A DNA stretch of 64,000 nucleotides from Acidimicrobiia bacterium (GCA_036396655.1 DASWKK010000066.1:912-64911); one strand, 5' to 3'; positions 17,092 through 29,039 are shown, counted from the stretch's first letter. The notes: generated by a model not told the origin, from the letters alone. Program-made: numbers and translations.

Positions 17092-18579
17092 ATGACTACA
17101 CGAGCTCAACTCCAGAGCAAGTCAATCGACGAACTCAGGCAAATCGCCGACGCCGTGGGCATCGAGACCGATGGTCTGCAGAAGTCCAAGCTGATCACTG
17201 CTCTCGTCGACGCAGGACAGGTAGCCGAGGCATCGCCGACCGAAGATGTCGAGCTGCCCCAAGCCACACCTCGCACCGAGCGGGTGGCACAGAACGGCGA
17301 GGAAGAGTCCGACTCATCCGAGACGGCCGAGACGCGCCCGGAGCCACGCCAGGGTGGCCGCAGTGATTACGGCGACGACCAGCGGCAGGGTGCCAATCGA
17401 AATCGCAACCGTCGCCGACGAGGCGGTGGGCGTGAGGACGAGTACATCCCCGAAGAAGATCTCGAAACCCGCGAGGGCCTCCTCGACACCTTGCCCGAAG
17501 GCTATGGATTTCTGAGGGTCACCGGGTACCTGCCCGGCGACAACGACGTGTACGTCTCGGCCAACCAGGTGCGCAAGTTCCGTCTGCGTAAGGGCGATAT
17601 CGTCTCCGGCCCGATCCGCCCCCCGCGTTCCAAGGAGAAGTTCCCCGCGATCGTTCGGATCGACAAGGTCAACGGAATGACTTCCGACGAGGCGATGAAA
17701 CGGCCGAAGTTCGAGTCGCTCACCCCGCTGTTCCCCGATCAGAGGCTTCGTCTCGAAATCGACGGGCGAGCCGAGGGGATCCTCACCCGGATCGTCGATC
17801 TGATCGCGCCGATCGGCAAGGGGCAGCGTGGGCTGATCGTCTCGCCACCCAAGGCGGGAAAGACCACCGTCCTCCAGGAGATCGCACAAGCCATCACCAC
17901 CAACAACCCCGAGTGCTACCTGATGGTGGTTCTGGTCGACGAGCGCCCCGAAGAGGTCACCGATATGCAGCGGTCGGTCAAAGGAGAGGTCATCTACTCA
18001 ACCTTTGATCGTCCTGCCGAAGAGCACACCCAGGTCTCCGAGCTCGCCCTGGAGCGGGCCAAGCGTCTCGTCGAGATGGGCACCGATGTAGTGATCCTGC
18101 TCGACTCGATCACTCGTCTGGCTCGTGCCCATAACCTGGCCACACCGGCGTCGGGACGAATCCTCTCCGGTGGTGTCGACTCACAGGCCCTTTACCCGCC
18201 AAAGCGATTCTTCGGCGCCGCCCGAAACATCGAAGAAGGAGGGTCGCTCACCATCCTCGGAACGGCCCTCGTCGAGACCGGCTCCAAGATGGACGAGGTC
18301 ATCTTCGAGGAGTTCAAGGGCACCGGCAACATGGAGCTCAGGCTCGATCGCAAGCTGGCCGACAAGCGGATCTACCCCGCCATCGACATCGAGGCGTCGG
18401 GAACAAGAAAAGAAGAGCTGTTGTTCGACCGTACGGAGCTGGCACAAGTTTGGAAACTGCGCCGGGTCCTCCTCGCCCTGGAGTCGGGTGCTGCGCTCGA
18501 ATTGCTCATCGATCGCTTGAAGACAACGAAGTCCAATGGCGAGTTCCTCGCCGAAGTCGCCAAGAGCAGCGGCAGCTGA
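17092..18579 (+). CDS. rho: transcription termination factor Rho (with Arg/Gly-rich N-terminal insertion typical of Actinobacteria)
   Basis: N-terminal [12 protein letters not shown]-rich insert, Walker [14 protein letters not shown]- and R-loops. Confidence 0.95.
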   Translation: MTTRAQLQSKSIDELRQIADAVGIETDGLQKSKLITALVDAGQVAEASPTEDVELPQATPRTERVAQNGEEESDSSETAETRPEPRQGGRSDYGDDQRQGANRNRNRRRRGGGREDEYIPEEDLETREGLLDTLPEGYGFLRVTGYLPGDNDVYVSANQVRKFRLRKGDIVSGPIRPPRSKEKFPAIVRIDKVNGMTSDEAMKRPKFESLTPLFPDQRLRLEIDGRAEGILTRIVDLIAPIGKGQRGLIVSPPKAGKTTVLQEIAQAITTNNPECYLMVVLVDERPEEVTDMQRSVKGEVIYSTFDRPAEEHTQVSELALERAKRLVEMGTDVVILLDSITRLARAHNLATPASGRILSGGVDSQALYPPKRFFGAARNIEEGGSLTILGTALVETGSKMDEVIFEEFKGTGNMELRLDRKLADKRIYPAIDIEASGTRKEELLFDRTELAQVWKLRRVLLALESGAALELLIDRLKTTKSNGEFLAEVAKSSGS

Positions 18580-18595
18580 GAATTAGGAGACCGCG

Positions 18596-18862
18596 GTGCA
18601 GACCGATATTCATCCCACCTACGGCGAGACCAACGTCACCTGCTCGTGTGGAAACACTTTCGTCACCAACAGCACCAAGCCCGGTGACATGCACGTAGAG
18701 CTCTGCAACGAGTGCCACCCGTTCTTCACCGGCAAGCAGAAACTGGTCGACACCGGTGGCCGTGTCGAGCGTTTCCAGAAGCGCTACGGCAAGACCGTGT
18801 TCACCAAGGCCGGGGATCCGGTCCCCGAAGGCGCAGAGGCTGAAGCCGTCGAAGCAGAGTGA
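18596..18862 (+). CDS. rpmE: 50S ribosomal protein L31
   Basis: [22 protein letters not shown]...[10 protein letters not shown]; GTG start with AGGAGA Shine-Dalgarno. Confidence 0.9.
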   Translation: MQTDIHPTYGETNVTCSCGNTFVTNSTKPGDMHVELCNECHPFFTGKQKLVDTGGRVERFQKRYGKTVFTKAGDPVPEGAEAEAVEAE

Positions 18863-18938
18863 GCCGCCCTTCCCCCCGACAACGAAATTGGGACGCACAG
18901 GTCCGGATTTGACCCCTGACCGTCCCCATCAAAAAGGG

Positions 18939-19901
18939 GTGAGCGTCGACCCCGCCAAAACGGTGGGAGGCCAGGCAGTGATCGAAGGCGTCATGATGCG
19001 CGCCCCGGGAGCCTGGTCGGTTGCGGTTCGTCAACCCGACGACTCGATCGTGGCTCGGCGCGACCAGCTGGAACGGCTCTCCCAACGCAACCGTGCCGCC
19101 CGGATTCCATTGGTGCGCGGGATCCTGGTTCTCTGGGAGTCGCTGAGCCTGGGGTTCAGGGCTCTTTCCTGGTCGGCCGAGAAGGCGGCAGGGGAAGAGG
19201 AGGAGCCGCTGACCAAAGTCCAGATCGGCTGGACCATGGCGTTGGCAATGACGCTGTTCGCCGGTTTGTTCATCCTCTTGCCCGCCCTTGCCGCAAGTGC
19301 GGTGTCGGGCGAATCGGGAATCCTGTTCAACGTCATCGAGGGCCTGATCCGTCTCGCCCTGTTCATCGGCTACATATGGGCGATCGGGCGCTCCAAGGAG
19401 ATCGGCAGGGTCTTCGAGTACCACGGTGCCGAGCACATGTCGATCCACGCCTATGAGGCGGGGGAGCCGCTGAGCATCGATTCTGTCCGGCGCTATCCAC
19501 CCGAGCACCCTCGCTGTGGCACCAGCTTCCTCTTGATCGTGGTGCTCGGCTCGATCATCCTCTTCTCGTTCTTCGGTCAGCCGGGCTGGGCATTCCTGGT
19601 GGTCTCCCGTCTTCTCGGCATCCCGATCATCGCTGGGCTCGCCTACGAGTTGCTCCGTTGGTCGGGAACCAGGAGCACCGGCGTGTTGGCACGAGTCCTC
19701 GCCGCTCCCGGGATATGGCTTCAGAAGCTCACCACCCGTGTTCCTGACAGATCACAGATCGAAGTTGCGATCTCGGCCCTGGTGGTGGCCTTGGACGACG
19801 AGATGCTGGAGAACGTGCTCGGGCGAGGCGGTGTGCCGGATTCGGCGCTGTCGGCTCGTCTCGCCGTGGTTGGAGCCTCGCCTCCACTCGCCGGCGAATG
19901 A
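18939..19901 (+). CDS. DUF1385 (YqhQ-like) membrane protein
   Basis: [11 protein letters not shown]...[14 protein letters not shown]...HPRCGTSF signature; start uncertain (GTG 18939 or downstream). Confidence 0.7.
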   Translation: MSVDPAKTVGGQAVIEGVMMRAPGAWSVAVRQPDDSIVARRDQLERLSQRNRAARIPLVRGILVLWESLSLGFRALSWSAEKAAGEEEEPLTKVQIGWTMALAMTLFAGLFILLPALAASAVSGESGILFNVIEGLIRLALFIGYIWAIGRSKEIGRVFEYHGAEHMSIHAYEAGEPLSIDSVRRYPPEHPRCGTSFLLIVVLGSIILFSFFGQPGWAFLVVSRLLGIPIIAGLAYELLRWSGTRSTGVLARVLAAPGIWLQKLTTRVPDRSQIEVAISALVVALDDEMLENVLGRGGVPDSALSARLAVVGASPPLAGE

Positions 19902-20959
19902 TGGACGAGTCGCTCGCGCGGAGGTTCGCCGAGATCGAGACGGCTTTCGAGGAGACCGAGGCCGCGCTGGGCAATCCTGAGATCCTGGCCGACTCGTCCC
20001 AGTTGGCCGAGCTGGGGAGACGTCATTCCGAGCTGCGGGAGGTCGTCGCCGACATTCGCCGTCTCCGGCAGCTCAACACCGATCTCCAAGAGGCCCGCGA
20101 GATGTCATCCGACGCCGACATGTCTCGACTCGCCGAGGATCTATCGGTGGAGATAGCGGAGCTCGAGCAACGCATCAGCGCCACCCTGGTCCCCAAGGAT
20201 CCGGCAGCCTCCCGAGATGTCATCGTCGAGATCCGCTCGGCGGCGGGCGGGGACGAAGCCGCGATCTGGGCCGGCGACCTGTTGCGCATGTATGAGCGCT
20301 ATGCCGAGCAAGGTGGGTTCAAGGTCGAGGCGATGGATTCCTCCCCTTCCGAAGCCGGTGGCTACGACAAGGTCACAGTCGCCATCAAAGGAAAGGGCGC
20401 TTACTCGAGGATGAAGTATGAGGCCGGGGTCCATCGGGTACAACGGGTGCCAAAGACCGAGTCACAGGGACGGATCCACACTTCGACCGCGACCGTCGCC
20501 GTCCTGCCTGAGGTTGAGGAGGTGGAGGTGGAGATCGACCCCAATGACGTGAAGGTCGACGTCTATCGATCGACCGGGCCGGGCGGCCAGTCGGTCAACA
20601 CCACCGACTCGGCAGTGCGTCTCACCCATCTGCCCACAAACTTGGTGGTGACCTGTCAGGACGAGAAGAGCCAGCTCCAGAACAAGGAGAAGGCCATGCG
20701 CATCCTGCGGGCCCGGCTCTATCAGATGGAGCTGGAGCGACAGCAGGCGGAGTTGGCCGGGGCGAGACGATCCCAGGTGGGATCGGGGGGCCGCTCGGAG
20801 AAAGTCCGCACCTACAACTACAAGGAGAACCGGGTGACTGACCATCGCATCGGTCTCACCCTCAAGCGGCTCGACCAGGTGCTGGAAGGGGATCTCGGCG
20901 AGCTCGTCGATGCACTTGCGGCTGACGAGCAGGCGACCCGGCTCGCGGCCGGCAACTGA
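19898..20959 (+). CDS. prfA: peptide chain release factor 1
   Basis: GGQ motif ([24 protein letters not shown]) and PxT-type domain. Confidence 0.95.
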   Translation: MMDESLARRFAEIETAFEETEAALGNPEILADSSQLAELGRRHSELREVVADIRRLRQLNTDLQEAREMSSDADMSRLAEDLSVEIAELEQRISATLVPKDPAASRDVIVEIRSAAGGDEAAIWAGDLLRMYERYAEQGGFKVEAMDSSPSEAGGYDKVTVAIKGKGAYSRMKYEAGVHRVQRVPKTESQGRIHTSTATVAVLPEVEEVEVEIDPNDVKVDVYRSTGPGGQSVNTTDSAVRLTHLPTNLVVTCQDEKSQLQNKEKAMRILRARLYQMELERQQAELAGARRSQVGSGGRSEKVRTYNYKENRVTDHRIGLTLKRLDQVLEGDLGELVDALAADEQATRLAAGN

Positions 20960-20971
20960 GGGCTCTCGACT

Positions 20972-22381
20972 TCAGGCGCCGGCACCGAGGTTGGCCACGC
21001 CCTTGCGCTCCATGTTTCCCCAAGCGCGGGTCTCCTTGCCTCCGATGATCGCCCTGATCCGCCACGCAACCGTGATCTGGCGCAAGCCGAAGTTCTCGAT
21101 GAGCACCATGACGATGAGTCGGGCGGTGTCGGCCTTCGAGTTGAAATAGCCGTATGTCTCATCCAACAACAGGGCAATCAGAGAGTTGAGCAGTCCCACG
21201 CCGAAGGCGAGAGCCAGCAGTATCACCAGCGAGGTGGTGTTGAGAGCGCCGAGGATCAGAGCCACCGGGATGGTTATCCATCCCACGAACTCGACGATCG
21301 GAGCCACGTACTCGAAAAGGAACATCGCGGCCCAGGTGACCATCCCCACCTTGCCGTACTTGGGGTTGAACGTCATGGGCATGAAATCCTTGACCGCGGT
21401 CATCAGGCCACGGTGCCAGCGGATCCGCTGGCGCCTCAAGACACGGAGAGTTTCGGGGACTTCGGTCCAGATCACCGCCGAGGGCTCGTAAACGATCCGG
21501 TAGGGGATCGAGTTGTCGATGTGGTAGCGGTGGAGACGCATCGTCAGATCCATGTCCTCGCCCATGTGGCCACTGGTGAATCCGCCAACGGCGATAACGG
21601 CCGACCGTTTCCATACCCCGAAGGCACCCGAGACCAGGGGCAAAGCTTCCATGCCCGACCATGCCGGACGGGAAGCGAGAAAGGTGCGGACGTACTCCAG
21701 GACCTGCATGCGAGGCACCAGCTTCTTGGGGACCTCGGCCTTGATCAGGTGACCGAGTTGGACGCGGCTTCCGTTGAGTGGGCGAATGTTCCCTCCGACG
21801 GCGATTGTCCGAACCCGGTCCTCCACCACGCGCCGCATAGCTCCCACCAGGCAATTGGCGTCGAGAATCACGTCGGCGTCCGTGCAAAGGGCATACGGAT
21901 ATCGGGCGGCGTTGATTCCGGCGTTGAGCGCATCGGCTCGGCCCGCGTTCGCCTTGTCGATCACAGTTATGTCGACACTCCCATGGCCCCGGTATATCCC
22001 CCTGACCTCGGCCGTCGGGATATCCGGCCGATAGGGGATACGCACCTTCTCCAGATGGAAGGCATCGATCATGACTTGCAGCGTGTCGTCGGTCGATCCG
22101 TCGTTGGTGACGACGATCTCGAATCTCGGGTAGCCCACGATCGACATCGAACGGACCGAGTCGACGATGCCGGCCTCCTCGTTGTATGCGGGGATGACGA
22201 TTGAAACCGGGGGAGAGGTCTGGCTGGACAACATGTCCGAGACCCGCCCGAATCGGTCGAGATGGTGTACCCGTCTCATGACAGCTGCCGATCGCATTCC
22301 CAGCCATATGAGATAGGTCTGCATCAGGATGAAATAGACCAGAGTGGCGTAGCCGACCCAGCGAAGGGCATCGAAGATCAT
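20972..22381 (-). CDS. processive family-2 glycosyltransferase (cellulose/chitin/PNAG-synthase-like, membrane-embedded)
   Basis: GT-A core VSIVIPAYNEE...VVTNDGSTDDT, DxD region TDADV, Q(R)xRW motif LRRQRIRWHRG, N- and C-terminal TM helices. Confidence 0.8.
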   Translation of the reverse strand: MIFDALRWVGYATLVYFILMQTYLIWLGMRSAAVMRRVHHLDRFGRVSDMLSSQTSPPVSIVIPAYNEEAGIVDSVRSMSIVGYPRFEIVVTNDGSTDDTLQVMIDAFHLEKVRIPYRPDIPTAEVRGIYRGHGSVDITVIDKANAGRADALNAGINAARYPYALCTDADVILDANCLVGAMRRVVEDRVRTIAVGGNIRPLNGSRVQLGHLIKAEVPKKLVPRMQVLEYVRTFLASRPAWSGMEALPLVSGAFGVWKRSAVIAVGGFTSGHMGEDMDLTMRLHRYHIDNSIPYRIVYEPSAVIWTEVPETLRVLRRQRIRWHRGLMTAVKDFMPMTFNPKYGKVGMVTWAAMFLFEYVAPIVEFVGWITIPVALILGALNTTSLVILLALAFGVGLLNSLIALLLDETYGYFNSKADTARLIVMVLIENFGLRQITVAWRIRAIIGGKETRAWGNMERKGVANLGAGA

Positions 22382-23523
22382 TTGGGCACCGCTTCTTGGG
22401 CGGTGACATAACCGAGAAGGACCCGGTCACCGTGGTTGGCCTCGCCAGCCTCGAACCGAGCTCTGGCCGCGGCCAGCTCACCGGAGTCGGCCAGAGCTTC
22501 TGTGGCGGCGTCGGCGGCGAACGGCGCCTCGGACTCGATCGCCTTCAACAGCAAGTCGGTCCCGCCCGGCAGGATCGCTAGTGCCGCTGCACTGTTGCGC
22601 CGGACCCACCAGTTCTCGTCTTCCAGGCCCTCGGCCAGCACCGGATTGATCGACGGGTCTCCGATCTGAGCGAGGGCCGTGGCCGACTTCGCCCGGAGCC
22701 TCCAATCGGGGTGGCGGAAGGTGTACTTGAGCGGTCTTATCGCCAGCGGGCCGCCGACCACGCCCAAGGCGTCGATAGTGGCGATCGCTACCTCCGGGTC
22801 GCTGGCGACCCGCAGCACCCCGGCGAGTGTCGGGCCGACTTCTTGATCGCCGATCGTGCCCAGCACTCGAATTGCCTCGATCACGCCCTGGTTCTGGTCG
22901 TGGCCGAGATTGACCCTTATGTAGGCGACTAGGGGCCAGGTGGCCTTGGTCCCGAACCCGACGAGCGTGTCGGCGAAGCGGGCCCGCACCCAAGGCTGTT
23001 CGAATCCGAACCTCTCCAGGATGGGGTCGATGGCGGAGGTGTGTTGTATCCGCCCCAGTCCACGGGCACATTGGATTCGTATCTCAGGCTCCCGGTCGTC
23101 GAGATGCTCGATCAGGACCGGCGCCGACGACTCGTCTCCCATCTCGGCGAGTGAGACGGCTGCTCGCAGCCGTCTCCCGAGTGGGAAGCGACTGCGGAGT
23201 CTTGCCTCCTGTCTCTTGGCCAGCCCACTTCTGTCGATGATCCCGGTGAGGTTGTCGATCTCCGTCCCGGAGACGATGTTTCGGAGGTCGATGACCGCGT
23301 CGAGAAACGCATCATCGTCGGCGATATTCGTCCCGAATGGATCGGTGTGGTGTTGGAAGGCGAGATGACGGCTGAGAACAGTCACGTACTCGGCGCGGCG
23401 CGCGGCGTGGATTCGCCTACGGCGGCGGTGCACCGCCTTCAGCGAAACCAGCCCCGTGAGGAGAATGACGTCGATGAAGAAGACAACCGCGACCGCGATC
23501 AAGCCGATCGTTGCTGGGTTCAT
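22378..23523 (-). CDS. HEAT-repeat (PBS-lyase-like) protein with N-terminal transmembrane anchor
   Basis: N-terminal TM helix IGLIAVAVVFFIDVILLTGLV followed by multiple ~30-aa helical repeats; ATGA overlap with the GT2 gene. Confidence 0.6.
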   Translation of the reverse strand: MNPATIGLIAVAVVFFIDVILLTGLVSLKAVHRRRRRIHAARRAEYVTVLSRHLAFQHHTDPFGTNIADDDAFLDAVIDLRNIVSGTEIDNLTGIIDRSGLAKRQEARLRSRFPLGRRLRAAVSLAEMGDESSAPVLIEHLDDREPEIRIQCARGLGRIQHTSAIDPILERFGFEQPWVRARFADTLVGFGTKATWPLVAYIRVNLGHDQNQGVIEAIRVLGTIGDQEVGPTLAGVLRVASDPEVAIATIDALGVVGGPLAIRPLKYTFRHPDWRLRAKSATALAQIGDPSINPVLAEGLEDENWWVRRNSAAALAILPGGTDLLLKAIESEAPFAADAATEALADSGELAAARARFEAGEANHGDRVLLGYVTAQEAVPK

Positions 23524-23578
23524 GAGATCTCTCGGGTTTATCGGCTGGCACGGTCACCGCATTGAGCGAATGCGCCCG

Positions 23579-23947
23579 TCAGCCAAGCAGACGCTGGCGA
23601 ATTCTGGCCATCAACTCGGGAAGATGAAACGGCTTGCGGACGAAGTCCACCGCCCCCAGGTCGAGGCTGCTCACCACTGTCCTGTCGTCGTCCACCCCTG
23701 AGAGCATGATGACCCGGTTCACATGCCCTTCTTGTTGCCACCGATCGATGACCTCCAAACCGAGCAATCCGGGCATCAGCTGATCCATGATCACCAGGTC
23801 GAACTCGCCCGTGATGCCCTTCTCGTATGCCTCTACGCCATTGATTGCGGTGTCGACCGCATAACCTTCCAACTCCAGAGCGGTCGCCAGGAGCGTCGTA
23901 ACGGTTGCGGAGTCGTCGGCAACCAGCACTCTCTTGACGTCGGGCAT
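23579..23947 (-). CDS. single-domain response regulator (CheY-like receiver only)
   Basis: VLVADDSATV...DLVIMDQLMPG...VDFVRKPF with conserved Asp and Lys; no output domain. Confidence 0.8.
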   Translation of the reverse strand: MPDVKRVLVADDSATVTTLLATALELEGYAVDTAINGVEAYEKGITGEFDLVIMDQLMPGLLGLEVIDRWQQEGHVNRVIMLSGVDDDRTVVSSLDLGAVDFVRKPFHLPELMARIRQRLLG

Positions 23948-24099
23948 GGGGGGGTCCCAGCTTCTCTTCGCTTTCGGATTCCTCGTTGATGATGGCAGAT
24001 TTCCCCATCGCGCCAGGTGCTTCCCTGACTTGGGGCCTGAGCGGCCTATCTTCTCAATTCTGTTCGTGCTCGTTCACGCGTGGGAGACTTGGTGCGCCG

Positions 24100-24825
24100 A
24101 TGGAGACCATTCCTGATCATGAGATGTCGAGACTCCAATCGCTCGCAGGGCGGGAAACGCCCCTGGAGGAGCTGATCGCTCGCCGTCTCGCCGGTGAACC
24201 GCTCCAGTACATCGAAGGGATCGCAGCCTTCGGCCCACTCGAGTTGGTGGTCGACGAAAGGGTGCTCATCCCGCGTCCCGAGACCGAGGGCTTGTTCGAG
24301 CTGGCGACCCGTCTGGTGCGGACACCCGAGGTGGTGGTCGACCTGTGCACCGGGTCGGGTGCGCTGGGGCTGGCCCTCAAGAGCTTCTTCCCCGGCGCCG
24401 CGGTGTTTGCCACTGATATCTCGGGGGATGCGATTGAGGTGGCGGCATCCAACCGAGATCGGACAGGTCTGCATGTCTATCTGGCAGAAGGCAATCTCTT
24501 CGACCCTCTGCCTGCCGCGATGTTGGGCACGGTCGACCTGATTGTGGCGAATCCGCCATACGTAGCCGAGGTGGACTTCCCCGGTCTGCCGCGGGACGTG
24601 CAGAGGGAGCCGCGTGTTGCACTTGTCTCGGGCCCGACCGGTCTCGAGATCATCCAGGAGATCGGTGCATCGGCGGCGGCCTGGCTTCGCCCGGGAGGGG
24701 TCGTCATCTGCGAGATCGGTGATCGTCAGGCTGTTTCGGCGTCGAGCTCCTTCCGCGATCTCCCCGCCGTCGTTCGTCAGGACCTCACCGGACGCGACCG
24801 CTATGTGGTCGCGGTCAAACCGTGA
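24100..24825 (+). CDS. prmC: release factor glutamine methyltransferase (PrmC/HemK)
   Basis: VLIPRPETE and VANPPYV (NPPY) motifs; start placed at ATG 24100 giving a short N-terminal domain; upstream part of track ORF (23986) does not look protein-like. Confidence 0.75.
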   Translation: METIPDHEMSRLQSLAGRETPLEELIARRLAGEPLQYIEGIAAFGPLELVVDERVLIPRPETEGLFELATRLVRTPEVVVDLCTGSGALGLALKSFFPGAAVFATDISGDAIEVAASNRDRTGLHVYLAEGNLFDPLPAAMLGTVDLIVANPPYVAEVDFPGLPRDVQREPRVALVSGPTGLEIIQEIGASAAAWLRPGGVVICEIGDRQAVSASSSFRDLPAVVRQDLTGRDRYVVAVKP

Positions 24826-25382
24826 TGATCGAGCGGGCCGTCGGATCGATCAGCGCCGGGGAGGTTGTCGGTCTTCCCACCGACACGGTCTATGGGCTTG
24901 GTGTCGATCCACTGAACCGGGCCGCGGTCGCCAAGCTCTATGAGTTGAAGGATCGGCCCGACCACAGGCCGGTAGGGCTCCTCGTCGCCTCGATCGAGCA
25001 GGCAAGAGATATCGGTGTGTTCGATCGGGTGGGCGAGGAACTTATGAAGACCCATTGGCCGGGGCCCCTGACCCTGGTGGTCGCTCCCAAGGTGATTCTG
25101 GCCGACTGGGTCGGCGACACCCAGACCCGCACCGTAGGGCTGCGGGTTCCGGACCTGGCGGTGACGATCGAGCTTCTCTCCGAGACCGGCCCTCTCGCCG
25201 TAACTTCGGCGAATCTCAGCGGTGGGCCCGAGATCATGGGGGACGCCGAAGCGCGAGCGCTGTTTGGCGATCGGGTGGCCTTCTACGTGGAGGGCAAGGC
25301 GCCCGGGGGAGTCTCATCGACGGTGGTCGACCTCACCGGCTCTCGTCCTGTGGTGTTGCGCGAGGGCCCGGTCCGCATCTAG
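24822..25382 (+). CDS. tsaC: L-threonylcarbamoyladenylate synthase (TsaC/YrdC/YwlC family)
   Basis: GEVVGLPTDTVYGLGVDP...LKDRPDHRPVGLLVAS signature. Confidence 0.85.
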   Translation: MMIERAVGSISAGEVVGLPTDTVYGLGVDPLNRAAVAKLYELKDRPDHRPVGLLVASIEQARDIGVFDRVGEELMKTHWPGPLTLVVAPKVILADWVGDTQTRTVGLRVPDLAVTIELLSETGPLAVTSANLSGGPEIMGDAEARALFGDRVAFYVEGKAPGGVSSTVVDLTGSRPVVLREGPVRI

Positions 25383-25426
25383 TGCTGTGTCCATGAACGT
25401 TGGCAGCACTAGTTACCCTCCGGGTC

Positions 25427-26698
25427 ATGATCTCAATGGACTCCCTGGAGCAGGTCGATCCCGCGATTGCGGATCTCATCCGGAAGGACTTGGAAAGACA
25501 GAACACGCACATCCACCTCATCGCATCGGAGAACTTCGCCTCCCCGGCGGTCATGGCGGCTTGCGGCTCGGTATTCACCAACAAGTATGCCGAGGGTTAC
25601 CCAGGCCGCCGCTACTACGAGGGTTGCCAGATCGTCGACGAGATGGAACAGCTCGCCATCGATCGAGCCAAGGAGCTGTTCGGGGCCGGGCACGCCAACG
25701 TTCAGGCCCATTCCGGTGCACAGGCCAACATGGGTGTCTACTTCTCCTTGCTCGAGCCCGGTGACCGGGTGCTGGGCATGCGTCTCGACCAGGGTGGGCA
25801 TCTCACTCATGGGTCCCCGGTCAATTTCTCCGGTCTCTATTACGACTTCGTCGCCTATGGGGTCGACCCCGAAACCGAGTTGATCGACATGGACCAGGTT
25901 CGCTCCTTGGCCCTGGAGCACAAACCCAAGATCGTCCTCGCCGGCTACTCCGCCTATTCGCGCACCCTCGATTACGAGGGCTTTCGTTCCATCGCCGACG
26001 AGATCGGCGCCATATTCATGGTTGACGCGGCGCATTTCATCGGGCTGGTCGCCGGTGGGTCATATCCCTCCCCGGTGGCTCACGCCGATGTGGTGACCGG
26101 CACCACGCACAAGGCACTCAGGGGTCCCCGAGGTGGTCTGATCCTGAGCACCGAGGAGTTTGCCAGGGACATCGACAAGGCCGTGTTTCCCAACGCTCAG
26201 GGTGGGCCTATCGAGTCGCAGATCGCGGCCAAGGCCGTGTCGTTCAAAGAGGCCAGCCAGCCCGAATTCCACCAGTACACCGAGCAGATCGTGGCCAACG
26301 CCCGAGCCATGGCGGGGAGCATCCAGGAGCAGGGAGTCCGGGTGGTCTCCGGTGGGACGGACAACCACCTGTTCCTCGTCGACCTGAGATCGATCGACGA
26401 GGACCTGACCGGAAAGGAGGCAGCCAGGTTGCTCGACGAGCTTGGGATCACGGTCAACTTCAACACCATCCCCTTCGATCCCCGGCCGCCGTTCCGCGCG
26501 TCGGGGTTGAGGATCGGCACACCTGCGATGACCACTCAGGGAATGAAGGAGGAACAGGCAAGGGAAGTGTCGATGCTGATCGCGCGCGCCCTCCAGAATC
26601 GTCACGACGCGTCGGTCCTCGATGGGGTGGCGGCCAGGGCAGGAGAGCTCGCCTCGAGCTTTTCCCCTTACCCGATCGATTTTGCCGGCCATGTGTAG
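25427..26698 (+). CDS. glyA: serine hydroxymethyltransferase
   Basis: [14 protein letters not shown]...[11 protein letters not shown]...[12 protein letters not shown] (PLP lysine) motifs; start ATG 25427 or 25436. Confidence 0.9.
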   Translation: MISMDSLEQVDPAIADLIRKDLERQNTHIHLIASENFASPAVMAACGSVFTNKYAEGYPGRRYYEGCQIVDEMEQLAIDRAKELFGAGHANVQAHSGAQANMGVYFSLLEPGDRVLGMRLDQGGHLTHGSPVNFSGLYYDFVAYGVDPETELIDMDQVRSLALEHKPKIVLAGYSAYSRTLDYEGFRSIADEIGAIFMVDAAHFIGLVAGGSYPSPVAHADVVTGTTHKALRGPRGGLILSTEEFARDIDKAVFPNAQGGPIESQIAAKAVSFKEASQPEFHQYTEQIVANARAMAGSIQEQGVRVVSGGTDNHLFLVDLRSIDEDLTGKEAARLLDELGITVNFNTIPFDPRPPFRASGLRIGTPAMTTQGMKEEQAREVSMLIARALQNRHDASVLDGVAARAGELASSFSPYPIDFAGHV

Positions 26699-26753
26699 CG
26701 ATTCCAGAACGGCTAGCTTCGATTTGTCGGTCAAGAGAACCATCCCTAAACTT

Positions 26754-26769
26754 TGTGAATAGATTCACA
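26754..26769. promoter_or_regulatory. CRP/GlxR-type binding site TGTGA-N6-TCACA upstream of the ATP synthase operon
   Basis: ctttgTGTGAatagatTCACAagc, about 30 bp upstream of the first atp-operon gene; shares flanks TTGTGA...TTCACAAGC with the whiB site. Confidence 0.5.
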
Positions 26770-26796
26770 AGCCCGAGTCGATCGAACTGATACTCG

Positions 26797-27033
26797 ATGA
26801 AACACGAGACACCCCATCAACATGTCGGGCGCGCCGTTAGCGAAGGCTGGCTCCAGGGAGGCTCGTTCAGCGCTTCGATCCTCTCCGGGACCCTCCTCGG
26901 CTACCTCTCGGACATGTGGCTGGGTACGGCCCCTTGGCTCGTGGTTATCGGGATCCTGCTCGGCTCCTACTCGGGGTTCATGAACATGTGGCATTACTCG
27001 AAGCAGAGCGAGGAGGCCGGACGTGGATCTTGA
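26797..27033 (+). CDS. AtpZ/AtpI-family small membrane protein (ATP synthase operon gene 1)
   Basis: 78-aa two-TM protein at the head of the atp operon. Confidence 0.6.
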   Translation: MKHETPHQHVGRAVSEGWLQGGSFSASILSGTLLGYLSDMWLGTAPWLVVIGILLGSYSGFMNMWHYSKQSEEAGRGS

Positions 27034-27423
27034 GCACGGTCCGGCTATCGAGGTCAACCTCGCCCGAAGCACGGTGGCTCGCGGCATCTACGTTGGTCCG
27101 TCGATCATCCTCATCTTCGGTCTGCTTCGGGGATGGGACGGGGCATGGAGTGCAGCTCTCGGCATCGTCGTGGTGATCGCCAACTTCCTGCTCTCGGGGG
27201 CCATACTCTCGATTTCGGCAAGGGTCAGCCTCCAGGCTTATCATGCCGCCGCTCTGATCGGTTTCTTCCTACGTCTCGGCCTGTTCATCGGCGCGGTCTA
27301 CCTCATCGCCAACGTGGTGGAGGTGGATCGCCTGGCGTTCGGGATATCAGCGGTGGTGGCCTATTTCACGTTGTTGACATGGGAAGCGGTATCGATGTCC
27401 AGAAGTAGAGAAAGGGAGCCGAG

Positions 27424-27436
<13 letters not shown>
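27023..27436 (+). CDS. atpI: ATP synthase protein I
   Basis: 137-aa, 4-TM hydrophobic protein immediately upstream of atpB; GTG start after GAGGAGG. Confidence 0.6.
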
Positions 27437-28475
<1,039 letters not shown>

Positions 28476-28484
28476 GAGGCGGAG

Positions 28485-29039
28485 ATGCATCTGTTGACCG
28501 CCATGGCCGTCCTGGCCACCGAGGAAGGGGAGGAGGCGAGCTCCGGAGCCAGCCTCGTGCTACCCGAGCCCGCAGAGCTCATCGCAGGGGTTCTGGCTTT
28601 CGCCATCGTCTTCTTCTTCGTTTGGAAGTGGGCCTTGCCGACAATCAACAAGACCTTGGAGGCACGCCAGCAGGCGATCACCGGCCAGCTGAAGCACGCC
28701 GAGGAGACCAAGAACGAGGCCGAGAGCCTTCTCGCCGACTACAAGGCACAGCTTGCCGAGGCCAAGGCCGAGGGGAACCGGCTGATCGAAGAAGCGCGTC
28801 TGGCCGGGGAGCAGCTCAAGGCCGACATCGTGGCCAAGGCCGAGGAACAGGCGGCTCAGACCCTGGCCAAGGCACGCGAAGAGGCGCAAGCCGAGAAGTC
28901 GCGCGCCATGACCGAAGCTCGCCGGGAGGTGGGGGAGATCTCCGTTGAGCTGGCCGAGAGGATTGTGGGCGGCGCGCTCGACGACAAGATGCAGAAGGAC
29001 CTCATCGAGCGATACCTGACCGAGCTGGAGACGCTCTAG
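28485..29039 (+). CDS. atpF: F0F1 ATP synthase subunit b
   Basis: Single N-terminal TM followed by long charged coiled coil. Confidence 0.85.
   Translation: MHLLTAMAVLATEEGEEASSGASLVLPEPAELIAGVLAFAIVFFFVWKWALPTINKTLEARQQAITGQLKHAEETKNEAESLLADYKAQLAEAKAEGNRLIEEARLAGEQLKADIVAKAEEQAAQTLAKAREEAQAEKSRAMTEARREVGEISVELAERIVGGALDDKMQKDLIERYLTELETL

Noticed and set aside
17092-17500. Rho N-terminal Arg/Gly-rich low-complexity region as an anomaly
   Set aside because: A known lineage-typical insertion in actinobacterial Rho; not novel.
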